Origin: Balanoglossus misakiensis
Taxonomy: Eukaryota; Animalia; Hemichordata
Direction of reading: 5' to 3'
Assembly (NCBI GenBank): GCA_040954595.2
Contig: CM082591.2
Span: 6,222,266-6,286,265 of the forward strand
Length of the DNA stretch: 64,000 nucleotides
Part shown: positions 63,858-64,000 of the stretch, in pieces
Position numbering within the stretch: the first letter of the stretch is position 1
How the letters are laid out: every line of letters starts with the position of its first letter
Translations under genes and position numbers: made by a program
The notes under the pieces: model-generated
Told to the model about the DNA's origin: nothing
Databases searched by the model: none
Seen by the model: only the letters and a program-made list of their open reading frames with translations

Positions 63858-64000
63858 TTTACGCCTTGACTCGCGTAAGGTTTAATTCTCACATACTTTA
63901 ACGCCTTGACTCGCGTAAAGTTTTTTTATGAATACCATTACGCCTTGACTCGCGTAAGGTGTAATTCTCATATACTTTAACGCCTTGACGCGCGTAAAAT
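63858..64000. repeat. ~40-bp minisatellite with hairpin core ACGCCTTGACTCGCGTAA (runs off the right edge)
   Basis: Core at 63861, 63901, 63940 and 63980. Confidence 0.9.

Larger units (their letters stand above)
62305..64000 (-). mobile_element. 3' portion of a tyrosine-recombinase retrotransposon derivative (Ngaro/PAT-like split direct repeats), apparently gag-only
   Basis: 78-bp perfect direct repeat at 62305-62382 and 62689-62766 (B2/B1) bracketing a 306-bp segment with a minus-strand TATAAAAG; gag-like ORF with CCHC knuckle upstream; no RT/RNase H/recombinase ORF between them. Confidence 0.6.

Noticed and set aside
63858-64000. CRISPR-like repeat/spacer pattern
   Set aside because: Spacers are related to each other and short (~22 bp), context is eukaryotic and there are no cas genes; it is a minisatellite

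Overview
Eukaryotic, intron-containing, AT-rich animal DNA, probably a marine invertebrate; the species cannot be determined from the window. Left to right: (1) the edge of an 88-bp satellite array (1-~8150) with dyad-symmetric monomers and higher-order duplications; (2) two tandem, two-exon, divergent Ubc12/UBE2M-like E2 genes on the minus strand, both lacking the N-terminal E1/DCN1-docking extension; (3) TAF11 (4 exons, plus), head-to-head with the second E2; (4) a complete 14-exon, 624-aa KIM-family receptor tyrosine phosphatase (PTPRR/PTPN5/PTPN7 family, minus, 25390-50307), reconstructed by hand; (5) TMEM86A-like lysoplasmalogenase (2 exons, plus), head-to-head with the phosphatase; (6) the 3' part of an apparently gag-only, non-autonomous tyrosine-recombinase retrotransposon (Ngaro/PAT-like split direct repeats) with a lox-like junction site, a four-way-junction RNA fold, an apparently spliced gag with an in-frame stop before its CCHC knuckle, and a hairpin minisatellite. 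Introns and intergenic DNA carry many MITEs from at least six families. All homology calls rest on recognised motifs, not database searches.
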